A DNA stretch of 64,000 nt, from the NCBI GenBank assembly GCA_950097015.1, contig CATNEN010000009.1:1054001-1118000 (forward strand), read 5' to 3'. Position 1 is the stretch's first letter; the number at the start of each line of letters is the position of its first letter. Origin of the DNA: Macrostomum hystrix (lineage: Eukaryota > Animalia > Platyhelminthes). Shown piece by piece: positions 22,704-35,920 of this stretch. The notes under the pieces were generated by a model. The model ran no database searches, was not told the origin of the DNA, and worked only from the letters and a program-made list of their open reading frames with translations. A program made the position numbers and the translations under genes.

Positions 22704-25175
22704 ATGACAACCAGAATGCTCAAGCTGCTGATTCTGCAGCTCCTCACAGCGCTTGCATCTTGCAGACAGCCACTGGGCTCCGACAGTCGCCGGTGCACCA
22801 CCATCATCATCAGTGACGGTCAGTACCAGAGCCACCGCAACGTCACGCGGCTGAATGAGGAGCTCAAAGCTAAAGTGGCCGGGTGCCAGTACGTGATCGG
22901 CGACCTTGTCCTCGAGAAAATCGGGGTCGATCAAGATTCATATGAACCCATCGACGAAGTCCGCAAACTTCGGACGGACTTTCTCGACTCCATCGTCGAG
23001 ATCAGCGGACGGTTGATCATCAAGTATGTCAACCTGGAGCGCATCACCTTGCGCAACCTGCGCATCATTCGCGGCTACAACATCCAGAATGAGGTCGATT
23101 TCTTCGCAATGGAAATCTGGGAGTTGAGATACCCAACCCGACTGGAGCTGCCCAAGCTGAGCGCCATCCTGCAAGGCAGCGTCAAAACTGTCGGAACATT
23201 GCATGCGGACCTGTACTGCCATTTGACTCGCAGCGTGAACTGGACGAGTCTATTCAACATATCGTCACAAATATTCCATGGAAACTCGTACGAAATGGCT
23301 TTCGGCAAACAGCTGATAAGAGTCAATCAGTTCGATGAGATCGAGAGGGCCTGCAGTTCAGTACTGAATTGCAGTAGCAGCTGCCACACTGAAAGGTCTG
23401 GTCGACAGCTCTGCTGGTCCGACGGGCAAGACGGCTGCCAGAGCTTCAACGGATGTCTCAAGCGACAGTGCCGAAATGCTGCCTGCGACCCTCAGTGCAG
23501 AGACGAGTGCTGGGGACCCGGACCGGACATGTGCGTGGCCTGCAGGAACTTCGAGGTGGACGGTCGCTGTCATGCCACGTGCAAGCATGCAGGCCGATAT
23601 CAGCTAGGCTCCTCGTGTCTGCCGTGCCACAGTGAGTGCGAAGGCGGCTGCAGCGGTCCGAGCGCTTCCGAGTGCGAGCGATGCCGAAAACTGAAGGAGG
23701 ACGACAAGTGCGTGGCCTCCTGCAGTCGAGAAATGCGCGCGAGCTCAAAGGGCGTCTGCTACTCGGTGGCGACAGCGAGGCTCTTTGCTGTCGGCATCGG
23801 TGTCGGCCTGCTGATTCTGCTGCTGCTGCTGCTGCTGCCGCTCGCCTACCTGCACTACCGCAAGCGAATGCGAAAGTACGAGATGGTCGACCTGGACGAG
23901 TACCTGAAGGATCCGAGCAATCCGAGCGACATGGCGAAGCTGCTGATTGTGAACGACGACGATGTGGTGAAGCAGAAGGAGATCGGCAGCGGCGCGTTCG
24001 GCACCGTGTACAAGGGCATTCTGAGGTCCAGCACAAACAAGGGTGTGCGCGAGCTGCCTGTGGCCATCAAGGTGTTGCGCGGTCACAGTCCGAAGCTGGG
24101 ACAGGAGCTGCTGAATGAGGCGAGTGTCCTGGCCAGAGTGCAGCATCCGTGCTGCATCCGGCTGGTGGCTCTGTTCCTGACCCAGGAGCCGCAGCTGATC
24201 ACGGCGCTGATGCCTCGAGGCTGTCTGCTGGAGTTCCTGCGAACTCACCACAACCAAATCGGAGCGGAGCGAATGCTGCGTTGGGGCCTGCAGGTGGCAG
24301 AGGGCATGGAGTACCTGGAGTCTCTCGGCATTGTACACCGCGACCTGGCTGCTCGCAACGTGCTGCTTCAGTCTCCGGATCAGGTCCGCATCACGGACTT
24401 CGGTCTGGCTCGCCTGCTGAACCTGTCGGAGGGCGAGTTCGTCCAGACTGCGGGCCTCCTTCCAGTGAAGTGGCTCGGCGTGGAGTGCTTCGAGTCCGGA
24501 CTGTTCAGCCACAAGTCGGATGTGTGGAGCTACGGAGTGCTTCTGTGGGAGATCTGCACCTTCGGCGAGTCGCCCTACAACCCGTACGGAATTCGGTCGG
24601 TCGAGGACATCACAGGACTGCTGAAGAAGGGCATCCGACTGAACCAGCCCGACATCTGCAGCATCGACTTCTACAACATCCTGCTGAGCTGCTGGCTGCC
24701 TCAGCCGGAGTCTCGACCGAGCTTCCGCGACTTGGTGGACACAATGACCGAGTGCCTGAATATTCCGTCCAAGTACATTGCCCAGGGCTACAGCATCGCT
24801 GATCCGGAGATGGGCACCGATGATGCCTTCGGCGATGTCAAAGAGATGTCCCTGTCGTCGCTGGCGCAAAAGAGCGGTGGCGACCGCAGGTTCATTTGCA
24901 GTCACGACAAGCACGGCAAGGAGCTGAACAAATACATTTCGTATCCCAGCCGCAGCTATTCGAAGAAGCATCAGCACTCTCCTGAGCGTCGGAGTTCCAG
25001 CAAGGCCAGCGAAAGCTCCAAGCTGCTGTGCCGTCGAGTCGGCGTTCAGTCCGAGCCGGACGACTATCTGACTCCAACATCGCAGAGCGGCGTTAATGGA
25101 AGCAGCGAAGGCGCTGATGCAGACAACGGAGCGTCGAGGGACTTGGATGACTACCTGACACCGAAGAAGGTCTGA
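22704..25175 (+). CDS. EGFR: EGFR-like RTK, type B (823 aa), canonical GSGAFG loop
   Basis: Differs from 4995-7466 at three residues that I could find; all catalytic motifs intact. Confidence 0.93.
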   Translation: MTTRMLKLLILQLLTALASCRQPLGSDSRRCTTIIISDGQYQSHRNVTRLNEELKAKVAGCQYVIGDLVLEKIGVDQDSYEPIDEVRKLRTDFLDSIVEISGRLIIKYVNLERITLRNLRIIRGYNIQNEVDFFAMEIWELRYPTRLELPKLSAILQGSVKTVGTLHADLYCHLTRSVNWTSLFNISSQIFHGNSYEMAFGKQLIRVNQFDEIERACSSVLNCSSSCHTERSGRQLCWSDGQDGCQSFNGCLKRQCRNAACDPQCRDECWGPGPDMCVACRNFEVDGRCHATCKHAGRYQLGSSCLPCHSECEGGCSGPSASECERCRKLKEDDKCVASCSREMRASSKGVCYSVATARLFAVGIGVGLLILLLLLLLPLAYLHYRKRMRKYEMVDLDEYLKDPSNPSDMAKLLIVNDDDVVKQKEIGSGAFGTVYKGILRSSTNKGVRELPVAIKVLRGHSPKLGQELLNEASVLARVQHPCCIRLVALFLTQEPQLITALMPRGCLLEFLRTHHNQIGAERMLRWGLQVAEGMEYLESLGIVHRDLAARNVLLQSPDQVRITDFGLARLLNLSEGEFVQTAGLLPVKWLGVECFESGLFSHKSDVWSYGVLLWEICTFGESPYNPYGIRSVEDITGLLKKGIRLNQPDICSIDFYNILLSCWLPQPESRPSFRDLVDTMTECLNIPSKYIAQGYSIADPEMGTDDAFGDVKEMSLSSLAQKSGGDRRFICSHDKHGKELNKYISYPSRSYSKKHQHSPERRSSSKASESSKLLCRRVGVQSEPDDYLTPTSQSGVNGSSEGADADNGASRDLDDYLTPKKV

Positions 25176-28035
25176 GTCATTCGGCTAATAATCTCATAGC
25201 TCTGTGCTGCATTGAGTGACGATTTGATAATCGATTATCGATTCAATTATCGAGAGATTCGTTTCCTAAATTTTATCGTTTCGGACTAATGGCATTAGAG
25301 AGAGAGCGAAACCTATGGCATGAGTGAAATGAAAGAGAAATGAAAAAGAACAATGTTATGGAATCAAACATCTTGAGTATGCTGAACGGTCGTGTGTGGT
25401 TTGCATGAATTTTATTCAGATTTAGTCAGCTGAAATCAAGTCGTATTAACCAGCAGCCTGCTACTTTACACAAGTCACGCCATTGTCATGCTTAAGTGTG
25501 CAGTGTTTGGGTGTGGTCGAATGAAGTAATTTATCCTTGGGTAACTACCCGACAGGACTACCAACCGTAACACCTCTTAGACTTTAACATTTAGCCTTCA
25601 CCTTTAATCTTTAAACTTTACGAGTAGTTCTGAAATTATATCCAAGAAACTCATAAAACACTGTCACACTATCCTAGCCTCGAATGCCAGACACCATGAT
25701 ATTATTTTGTTATTGTTGACAGCGCTCAGCTGATTTTCGACTACTGCTCGATCTGTCCTGTGGTTCATTACAATGCAAGGCCTTCAATGCGAATTGAGAT
25801 GTACTTTTAATCTGTGAAAACTAATCAGTGCTTACTCAGAATGCTTTGTTACTCAGTTCAGCCACAGCCACAGCCACAGCCACAGCCACAGTAGATTTGG
25901 CACTCCAGCATGTGTTTCTGACCTTTCGAAGTTATTGTTTCTAAACGCTTCTTAGTGTATCCCAGGTGATCAATTTGATGCTTCTAAATGTTATTTTCAT
26001 GAATCCTAGCTTTCGGTTTGAAGTGTTTGGGATCGCACATTTAAAATTAACGACTAGAAGGTCGTGTCTGTCGGTGTGTCGACGCGTGCTTGCTTAATAA
26101 ACGAGTGGCGTTTTTGTCAGCTTCGCTGGCGTCTATAATGGAAGGCCGAGAAATCGCTATCAACCGCAGGTGTTGCCTAAATTGCTGAGTCATGCTAGTC
26201 TTCAACTAGAATACTGATCTTTAGATCTCCTTGATACACTAGGATATAAAAAAGTGAAAACCTCGTGGGCGGACGCAGTGAATCGTTAGTATCCTTAGCC
26301 AATGATTGTGTTTATCTTATTCAGCATCCGGTGTTCACCAAAATATGCAATGCGCCCGCCAGTATGGACACAAGTCGATTCAATAAACACTATGGCTCGA
26401 GCTGTCAGGTATGGGCTATTTGTGAATAATTGGCACGAATAAATCTCAGTTGTGGCAGAGCGAAAAAAGCTACAGAGAGAACAGACTATTTTCTATTACT
26501 TTTTCTAATGCGGAGCTCGTGATGTTTCGTTCTCTGAGCCCGCCGTTTTCGCAGTTTGGCTGAAAGTTTGTTGAGTGCGTATGCGACAGACGGAAATGGC
26601 AGAGGAAGCCAGCGTGTCCAAGCTTGTTGGATAAACATCGATTAATTAAAAATAGCATTTTAGCGGCCTGCACGTCAAATGCAGCGGGATTTGAGAATTC
26701 GGATGCGTCTTCTACAAGCCCAGTCCTGCAGCCCATGTTTGTAGCTTAGACCTGTGGCTAAAAACTGAGTACGAGTGTAAACAATAGCTGGGCTTTTTTG
26801 ACATTGCCGCCACGGTGCAAACGGAAACATAGCCTATTATTAGCCTGGCAGTTTTAGTGTTTATGTAAATAATTTCGATAAAAATAGAATATTTGACTTG
26901 ACCGCCAGATCGCCAACCACTGAAACAGCTGCAACAATAGTCATTGTTCATTATCTGCCTATTAAACTAGACATTTGCATTTTTGTTGTCTTACTAATGG
27001 TTGGTTGTGAGGCCATCTCGGGATATTCAAGAGAATTGCGCAGCATGCCGCAGGTCGCGAGCCACTCGATCCCTGTCTCGCCAGTAAGGTGCACTAGCTC
27101 ACGATTGTTCACATTGAGGTCACATAGCTTGATGGCAGGTCTCAAAAGATTCGGCACAACAATGAAACGGGCTGCTTGAGGTCGGCGGCAATTGTAAGCT
27201 GAAAAAAGACGGAAACATATTAAACGCGGCAAATTAAAATATTGCCCCATTAGATTACTTAGGCCAGGTTCTCCAAACCCAGGGTCAGGCTACCTTTTTA
27301 AGACTAAGAATCCTCAGGTGCATCATGGCTCTTTCCGCCCTGGTTGAGTGGAACAGACCTGCAGTAGTACTGTACTTGCTGGTCACGGGTCCAACGGCTC
27401 CAACACCCGAGCTAAAAGTCCGTGGCCTTGTCGTATGTTGCGCGTTGGGCGGTCACCGTTCCATCAAACCTCTAGTCACACCTGATGGTGAGCATGATGC
27501 TGTGGACTGGCCGCAGAGTTTCACAATGCGCAGAGACAATTAAAGTTACCTGAGCCTCAGTTCATCCACTTCATCCTGTCGCCCTGGGAACCCATTCGTC
27601 AGCGATGAGGGATGCTGCACTGGGCAGCTCCTGCCGTGACCTACTTCAGAGAGCAAAGTTGAAGCATCGCAAACCGAATCTGTTTCTATTCACAGGTCCC
27701 GCGAGTGCTGTAAAGATCCTCGATCACTTTGAACACTGATTTACTATTCTGTTGTTGACTTTCATCTCGATGTCGTGGCAGCGAGCAGCAGCAAAATTAG
27801 CTTTGTAGGCAATTCATGGGAAACAATAAGCAATAATTGGTACTAAATTATTGCTTCATAATCTTCATATATTCATATCTTCATATTTCTTAAAGCCAGA
27901 TGTAGCCATCCTACTTGCAACATCATTGAAAACACAAGAAGACATTGTTTACGGTAGGCATTTTGGGATGGCATAGAAAAACGAAGTCAAAATAATATAA
28001 TTGCACTTTTCGCGTTTCTTGCACTACTAAGCAAA

Positions 28036-28392
28036 GGTGGCAGAGTGGTAAACGCGTTTGCCTCTCGCACCACGGTCCCTAAGTTCGATTCCACGGCGAG
28101 GCCGCATTCATTTGGGGCGCAGCCGCGGAGAGAAGGCTTGGGGCTTGTCGTGCGATAACGCCCTTGAGGGCCAATCTCCAAGGCACAGTGAAATGTGCAC
28201 TGCCTGACGATGAGAAAGTCAGGGCAGATGTACTCACCTGTGTGAGCATATGCTGGCGTACAGTATCTGTGTGCGTGTGTGTTCAGGAGTCAGCGAAATG
28301 GGCAGAATTGCCTCCTCGCTGGCAGCGGGTCTAGTGTCACTAAATGATGTGCCATTACCGGCAGCCCTCCTGCAATTATTATTATTATTATT
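28036..28392 (+). mobile_element. tRNA-derived SINE, family 2 (duplicate of 10667-11022)
   Basis: Near-identical sequence with A/B boxes and TTA tail. Confidence 0.7.
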
Positions 28393-31227
28393 TAAGCAAA
28401 GATACATAGAAAAAAAACATTTATTACACGAAATTTTACGGAATTTCGCGGCAACTCATGTTCAAAGAAAGGACGAGCAAATAGCGTAAGCGGCCATGGT
28501 CTTCCTGCTTTTTCTGTCTGCCCGGCAAAAAGAGTCCGAGAATGGGCTTCCAAGGTCGATGTGGATCGCGCACTGTAAGGGCTTTGTACCATAGACACCA
28601 ATGAACAGACCCATCACAGTTATTCAACAGATTTTACAAGGCAAAGGAGAGGCAGCGAGCCGTTTCTGTTCAGCGGCACAGTATTGGAACAAGGCACTGG
28701 CAACGGCAAGCTAGCGGTTTCGAAGCCTGTGACTTGGGGCCACACAGCGGAGCAGCAGCACCTTGACAAGAATCTCGACTTGTGCTACCGCTCATTTACG
28801 ATGCCATTATCCAACAAGGCCAAAACACACAATTTTACATTCTTTATTATCATTCGCTTTAACATCGCACAAAAGCACAAAAATTCATTTGATGGGATTG
28901 TGAACTAGCATTTCGAGTTCGGAATGCGTTAACAACAGTCGTTACGTAATATTTGAGGGCTAAAATGTACATCAGTAAGGCGGTATGGTCTCCAGTGCAC
29001 ATTCAAGAGAGCGAAAGAGAGAGTGCGTCAGGAGTGTGATATTCATACTGTCCTACGCTCTGATGTCTTCTAGCGACCCGCAAAACGTCCTCCGTTGTTA
29101 TCTGGACTAGTGCGAAAGTCCTCTTCGGCTAGCAGCAGGGTCTCAGTAGGCAGTGCGAAGTTTGCGCTCCTCCGGGGTAACGCCGTCCAGATTCAACGCA
29201 AGTCGCATCCCATCAGAGTCCGGACGGCTATCCGCACTTTGCAGCTCCTCACGTCGGGGCCGACTGCTGATATGGACCGGATGGCGTCATCAACTGCAAC
29301 CTGTTACAGTTTGACCAAAAGTCGCGAAAATGATTCCTCCGCTTTGCGTGTGGGCCTTCGGCTTCTCTGTAGGCGCTCGATATTCACGCGAGGGTCCAGC
29401 AGTGAACGGAAGCCAGCGGTCCTTCTTGTCCAAGCTTGTTAAATAAGCATCATATAAATAAAACTAGCATTTTAGCGGCGTGCAGGTGAAATGCAGCGTG
29501 ATTTGAGAATTCGGATGCTGTTGCTACAAGCGCTTCAGGTACTGATAGCTCATATGCAGATGTCCCGTTCAGTCCACAAGTTCACGACCTTGTAAAGGTT
29601 TGTGCACCCGTTTAAGTTATTAATGGCAACATTTTTATCTTCTTATAGGGGGATATTCGTTCTCTATTGAAGGGGGGCAATGCTTGCTTTCTGGGGGACA
29701 TTGTTTCTTTGCTGCTGTGGATGTAACATTGGATCTGCTTCTGGGGGCGTCAGTGGTTGCCTTCTCTCGGAGAGAAATTGGTTGTCTGCTGCTGGGGAGG
29801 GAGTTTTTCGTCTGCTAAGGGTGTTTGCCTGCCTGTTACCCCTAGAGGGGATGTTACTCTCTGAGGTATTTGTGTTTCAGCCATTTGTAGGATGTCCAAG
29901 GGCTAGCAACTTCAGTATGTTCGTTCATCTGCGCTTGTGTCTGACTCTGCTCTCCTCTGACTAGTGTCATGAATGTACGCTAGGTGTTTAAGTCCTGGGT
30001 GGGAGTTCAGTTCAATTTAATGTTTATCCTGATCATCGGATTTCAATGAAAATACGAGACCCGCTGCGGCTGAATCGAAATTGGCTGCGGGCATGGGTCG
30101 AAGCCTTTGACGCTCAAGCGCTGTCAAAGTGAGTGTAGGACACCAATGAAAAGCTGTCGCTGACTCGGTGTCTGGTCAGTCTTGGTGTGGCCCGATTCAT
30201 CTATGTCAAGCCGCTAGTCAGACCTAAAAAATGAAAGACGTGAGAATTATCAACGATGGGCTTAAGGCCTAGACAAGAAAAGAAGCTACTGCTGACGATC
30301 AGGACGAGCAGGCCAACCGGGAATCGTGCGGCCGGCCGGATGCATCCAACTCGGCGGACGGCTCAGCTGCTTCAAGACAAGCCAGCCTCGGTGCTCATGA
30401 CCACTGAAACTGTGGAGCTGCCCCGGCCAGAGCTCGGAGAACAGGCAGCCGTGTGGACTGCGTTCTCGTCGACCATTCAGCTACAAAGACTAGTGATGTG
30501 GTTTTGCGTTATGGAGTGTCGGAATTTTTTGGTGATGTGAAGCTGCTATAACCCTGTCTCTTTGTTTTCTTCTTCGGTGTTTTGTGAGACAATTGTGGGG
30601 AGCAATGTTACGAGCGTAGTTTGTGCTCTGACGTACAAGTTGTGCTTTTTTCACTTAGTCCAAGCTGCGCCAGCTCTCCTGTTATTTGTATCGTGCATGT
30701 AAGCTTGGTGGTTTAGTCCTGGGTTACTGTTACTCAAATTCAGTGTTCATCCTGTCGCGTGTTATATTGACAGACCTTCGTGTGATTGCGTCTCTTAAGT
30801 GTGGGTTTTTTCTTGTCATCGCAAGCTCTAGCCTTGGCTTGTTATTCATAAAAGACCATCAATGATTGTCGGGATGGATTGAGCTGGTGTGTTTAAATAG
30901 CCCAACTGGGCTTGGTGTCATTTTTGGTCATTCCTCAATAAATCAAAAGCAAGAGTTGCGTGAATGTCGACCTGAACCAATTAAACCAAGAAGCATTGGT
31001 AAGCTTCTGCTAATTACGCTTGTTACGATTTGCTCAATAGTAATAAGACACCTAAAATAGTAGCTTTAGGGTGACGCATGTGAAGCTCAGAAGTTTATAT
31101 AGACTTCAGTCACGGCAAACCATTATTGCATTGCTAAGAACATCAGAAGATTCCGAATCAACCACCACCAGCGCCATCAGCGCGGAGTCAACACCCATTA
31201 ATTACGAGCTAGATTGTTACGGCAACT

Positions 31228-33487
31228 TCACTTCAGGTAGATGAGGAAGCGGTCAGCGAACTTGGCGCCGCCAGATTGCAGCGCGCTGGCCTGACTCTCC
31301 GTGTACACCAGCGCTGGCGCCTTTCCGCGCCAGCCGTTGTAGCCCCAGGCGCAGGGGTCGCGCGCGTCTGACACGGTCCAGAAGGCCCTGTCGCCTCCAC
31401 AGCCGGCGTATGAGAACAGGATGAAGAAGCCGCGCTTCCAGTGCGTGTCGCCAGCGATTGAGAATTTCTGGAACCTTGGATCGGCCACGCTTGGGTTGTG
31501 GTAGAACCCGTCAGAGTGCTTCAGTTCGCGGACTGCACGGTAGGGAAAGCTGGACACCACGCGGCTCTGGTGGAACCAGTTCTGCTTGTCCAGTCCCTGC
31601 CTTCTGATGGAGACGTCGAACACGACCTGGGCGACTTTGCGGTTGGCGACTCGCATCTCCGCCACCAGGTACTGCCGGCCACTGGCGATCACAGCCTGGC
31701 TGAGGTTGTCGATCAAGTCCGATCGGTAGACTTCGGGTAGAGATCCTGTGCTTGCCTTGGAGAATGCGGGCTGCCTGTTCAGGAAGGTGGCCACGGCTTG
31801 ATGACCGGAGCCCGCCTTCACAGTGAACAGAATAATCTTGTCGTTCTCTGCGGGCGGGTACATGTATTTGACGCTTTTGCACTTATAAAATATATTCGAG
31901 TCGATTAAGTAAGTACAGCACTAGCAGAGTTTTGCATGGATCTGCATGTGAAGTTGCATTCGTTGAATCCACAAAACATGATTCGATTGAAAGGCCAAAA
32001 AATCATCGAAAAGTTCGTCCTAAAAAGCAACATTTGCTGAATCGAGAATTGAGAATACTCCCAAAAGCATGATGATCTTGGCAGAATAGATTTCGAAATG
32101 AGTAGAGTTTTTGAACCCTCACACCGGCCATCTCACCGAACGTGAAGGCTCCAGGTAAGGCCTTTCTGGACACAGCAAACGGCGGGAGCACAGGCGTCTC
32201 AAGGCGCAGGTAGACGAGGAAGCGATCAGCAAAGGCTGTGTTGCCCTCGTGGTAGGGCTTGCTGTCCACTTTGCTGTATACCAGAAGAGGTGACTTTCCC
32301 TTCCAGCCGCGGTTGCTGTAGGTGCAGGGGTCCCTCACATCGGAGACGTAGAACAGCCCAGTGTCCTTCTCGCAGCCTCCGTAGTGACGGTTGATTTGAA
32401 ATCGGCGCAAAAGGCTCGCACCACGGTTATCTCCGTCGATGCCAAAGATGTTATAGTTGCTGCGGCCGAACCAGAAAGGCTTTGTGGACAGCAGCCTCTT
32501 GGGGCTGAACCAGCTGTTCTTGTCCAAGCCCTCCGGCTCGGCGCTGAACACCGCCTGCGAAACTGTGCGACCAGCTTCGTCGCGCATCTCAGCAACGATC
32601 TGCCATCGGCCGCCTTTGGCCACCCGTGCGAGCTGGTCGAGGAGGCCTGACCGGTAGAGGGTGGGCAGGGAGCCGTCCCTCGGCACTGCGTAGGTTTGCT
32701 CGCTCTGAAAAGTTGGGTAGACCTGGTGACCGCTGTTGGCCTTCACAGTGTAGAGCAGCAGCTTGTCGGACTCTGCAGAGGCGTGATTTCGAGTTCTTAG
32801 GAAACAATGCGGTATCTGAGAACACAGTAAAATGGTGATGAACTTCATGTGAAAGCCGAACTTACCGAACCAGAAGGCGTTCCTGAAGGGTCGCTTGACA
32901 GCATTGGCCACCGGAAGGCCGACGCGGCTCAGTTCAAAGCTCTGGCCGTTAGCCTTGCCGTGGAAGGTGAATCTCAGAGAGCCTAGCAGCTCAGCATGGT
33001 CCGGACCGGTGAAGCGCAAGGCGCGCTTGAGTCGGAGACAGGCGGCGCGGCTCCGGCAGCGGAAGGTGACTACGGGATGGCGACCTCGGTTCCAGCGTCC
33101 TGAAACCGTCACCGAGGGGCAGCTGCTGGCACAAGCACCTGTAATGGACTTGCGAATAGTCACCTTGAAGCTCTGCACCTGCAACAGCTCCCACTTGCGG
33201 GTGCCGTCGGCTGGCAGCTTCACTCCGGACTCAACGACAAGGGGCACCGTCATGAAGAACCCCTGGCCCAGCGGGTCCGGCCGGATGTCCACGCCCCTGC
33301 GCGGCAACCGCATGGCGATGTAGGGCTCCACGACGCGAACTTCGTTGTTAGCGAAGCAGCGCAGCCGAGCGCCACGGAACATCAGCGCGGGAGCCTCCTC
33401 CCAACTCCCAGGCTGCTGCTCCGACAGGCCACCCTGAGCGGACGGTGTCGTCAGCAGCAGAATGCTCAGGCTGAAGAAATAGAACAT
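31228..33487 (-). CDS. Secreted protein, ~625 aa, 3 exons (33487-32866, 32772-32137, 31847-31228), two tandem homologous domains of unknown family
   Basis: Signal peptide MFYFFSLSILLLTTPSAQG; phase-1 introns GTAAG...CTGCAG (93 nt) and GTGAG...CCGCAG (289 nt); spliced CDS 1878 nt stays in frame; exons 2 and 3 align (YGGCEKDTG/YAGCGGDRA, DVRDPC/DARDPC, FADRFLVYL/FADRFLIYL). Confidence 0.78.
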
Positions 33488-34102
33488 TGCGGCACTCTTG
33501 TTTGAATAATATTTTAGACCGAATCAGAAAAGATAGTTGAACGCAAAAATGGCAATGGCTCTCGCATTCTTATACACAATTCTTATGCACCTAGGCAGCT
33601 GCTAGGAGGAGAGCTGAGAGCTCTGAAATGGCTGCGTTTGCAGCATATGGTGAGCGAAGCCACCGCGGAGGCGAGACCGGAGGTATGAGGGCCTGGATCA
33701 ACAGCTGCAATTCGAGTCAGGGGACCACCACCTCGCGCCGCCCTCACCTGACAAACTCTTCAGCCACGAAGCTGCCTGCCAGGGTCATCTCTGTCTTCAA
33801 CTTTCAAACCGCTCTGCGCCTCGAGTTCGACCTGCGTGAGCAAGTGCCAGGCTGAGTTGCTGCTCCTGAGACTTGAGCAGCCTAATCCAAGAGAATGCTC
33901 AGTGGCTGCAGTTTGCCAACAACTTGACGGACAGAAGGGAATCTTTACTGAGAAGCTATTCTGTTCGCTATTGACTCTTTGCGATTAAACTTCTGTGACT
34001 TGAGTCGACAGCTTTTTTCTTTATTTTCCAGGCTGAAATTGTTTCGCGTGTCAAGTGCTTGACTCTGTCATTTAGTAGCCATTCGGTGCCTTGCGCCATT
34101 AC

Positions 34103-34337
34103 TGATTGTGCATTCTACTGACATGTAAGAAGTAGGGTGTCACAAACATTGATTGTGCATTCTACTGACATGTAAGAAGTAGGGTGTCACAAACATTGAT
34201 TGTGCATTCCACTGACATGTAAGAAGTAGGGTGTCACAAACATTGATTGTGCATTCTACTGACATGTAAGAAGTAGGGTGTCACAAACATTGATTGTGCA
34301 TTCTACTGACATGTAAGAAGTAGGGTGTCACAAACAT
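34103..34337. repeat. 47-bp tandem repeat, 5 copies
   Basis: Duplicate of 11062-11296. Confidence 0.92.
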
Positions 34338-34804
34338 TTTTGGCTGTTTTGGTATTTGTGAATCCACCAAAAAATGTAAAAAAGTAAGAAGCAGCCAGGG
34401 TGGCCGGAAGTAGAGTTAGAGAGGCCAGATGCTGTGAAGACTGCCATGCGCAGGCTCAGTAGATGGCGAGTGAAAAAAGGCCATCGAAAGACTTCCTGTC
34501 ACGCCAGCAGTTGTTCTTGTTATTAGCATTACGTGGGGTGCAAAAATAAAAGCATTTGAGGCTCAGATCTGAACAGCTGACCCGGCAGAGTCCAAAGGGT
34601 GATGGCCTGCGGCGTCTGTGCTGAACTGCCTGACATCAGCAGGCCTGATGTGCATCTGAAACATTTTTGGCGCTTGCCTCACGGCCTGCGGTTCTGTCTT
34701 GCGTCATCATCCGCTGATCTGCTGCTTTCGACTTCTAGAGAGTCGGATAAATAATTCCACTTTGGCTTCCAACAGGCCACTTACTGTATATTTTTATACT
34801 TTAT

Positions 34805-34997
34805 CCATGGACTGGGTGGGACGCCACACCCGCCCTCCAATACCCTGAAGTTACTGGTCCTACCCATTTAATAGCTGCGTGAACTGAACCAACAAAGAGC
34901 TAATTGTCTTGCTAAAGAACAAAAATGATTTTGCGCATTCGGGAATCGAACCTTCGATCTTCAAGTGGTGATGGCAACGCTCTAACCACTAGGCTAC
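34805..34997 (-). mobile_element. tRNA-derived SINE, family 1 (duplicate of 11764-11956)
   Basis: Near-identical sequence. Confidence 0.65.
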
Positions 34998-35920
34998 AAT
35001 CGCTACCTTTTTGATACAAAAATGATTAAATTTCCAGATGTGTAAATATCATGCTTCCATTCCAACTGATGTTTACATGGAGCAAGCTTAGGTGTGAAAT
35101 AACTTCGGGAATAATATCTACGCAGTGCAAGGTAACTAGTCTCCACTGGCAAAGTTTTCGAATGCGAGGCAAAATTCTAGGTCCAGATAAATGCAACGAA
35201 TACGATATGCGCGGTTATTTTCGAATAGCAAATTTATAACTTATGGGCATGGCCATCCACTTGTGAAAAATAAGCTGTGCAACAATGAGGCCATTCGGCC
35301 GCCTAATTTGGCCAAATGGCGGGCGCTCTCATTGAATGTGCGCACACAAATGAGGCGGCACACAGTGGCCCGCCGCTCAGCACGCACACAAGTTATCTGG
35401 GGGCGCGCTCTGCCGTGAGTACGCTAGTGGCGGTGAGCCATTAAGTCAGCCGGCCCAGCCAATTGGGTACGGGCAAACCCTGCCCCCTACTGGCTCATTG
35501 TGCGTAATAACTGATAAGCCCGCAGCGGAGGTGAAGACTGGGAGGCCTCTTATTTCCTGTAGCAAAATCCAACCTGGTGTTGTCAAAACTTGCACACAGT
35601 GCAACAGCCGCTCCACACAGCCAAGATCTGAATCTCCTATTGGCGCAAACTCACAAAGCACCTAATCGAAAGGCTATATTTAAGATCGCCCTCGGACTAG
35701 AAGAGCTTGGAGGAAAACGCTCTGGCCTTTCAAACTGTCACAGAGCCGTTGCCCAACTTCACTTCCAAATTCGGGCCTCGCCGTGAGTGCGCAACTGTGG
35801 GCTGATTAGATAAAGCCGTGAATTCACTTTCAAAAGTCTGCGGAAAATCGCAGAGCAGAAACTGCTATCTCCACAATTCTCGCTGACAGGTGCAGGAAAG
35901 AGGAAAACTGCGCAATTTCA

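Noticed and set aside
30256-30540. ORF or possible LTR-retrotransposon pol tail (LRSRRPFSYKD in another frame)
   Set aside because: Frames are interrupted; no integrase, RT, PPT or paired LTR is visible.
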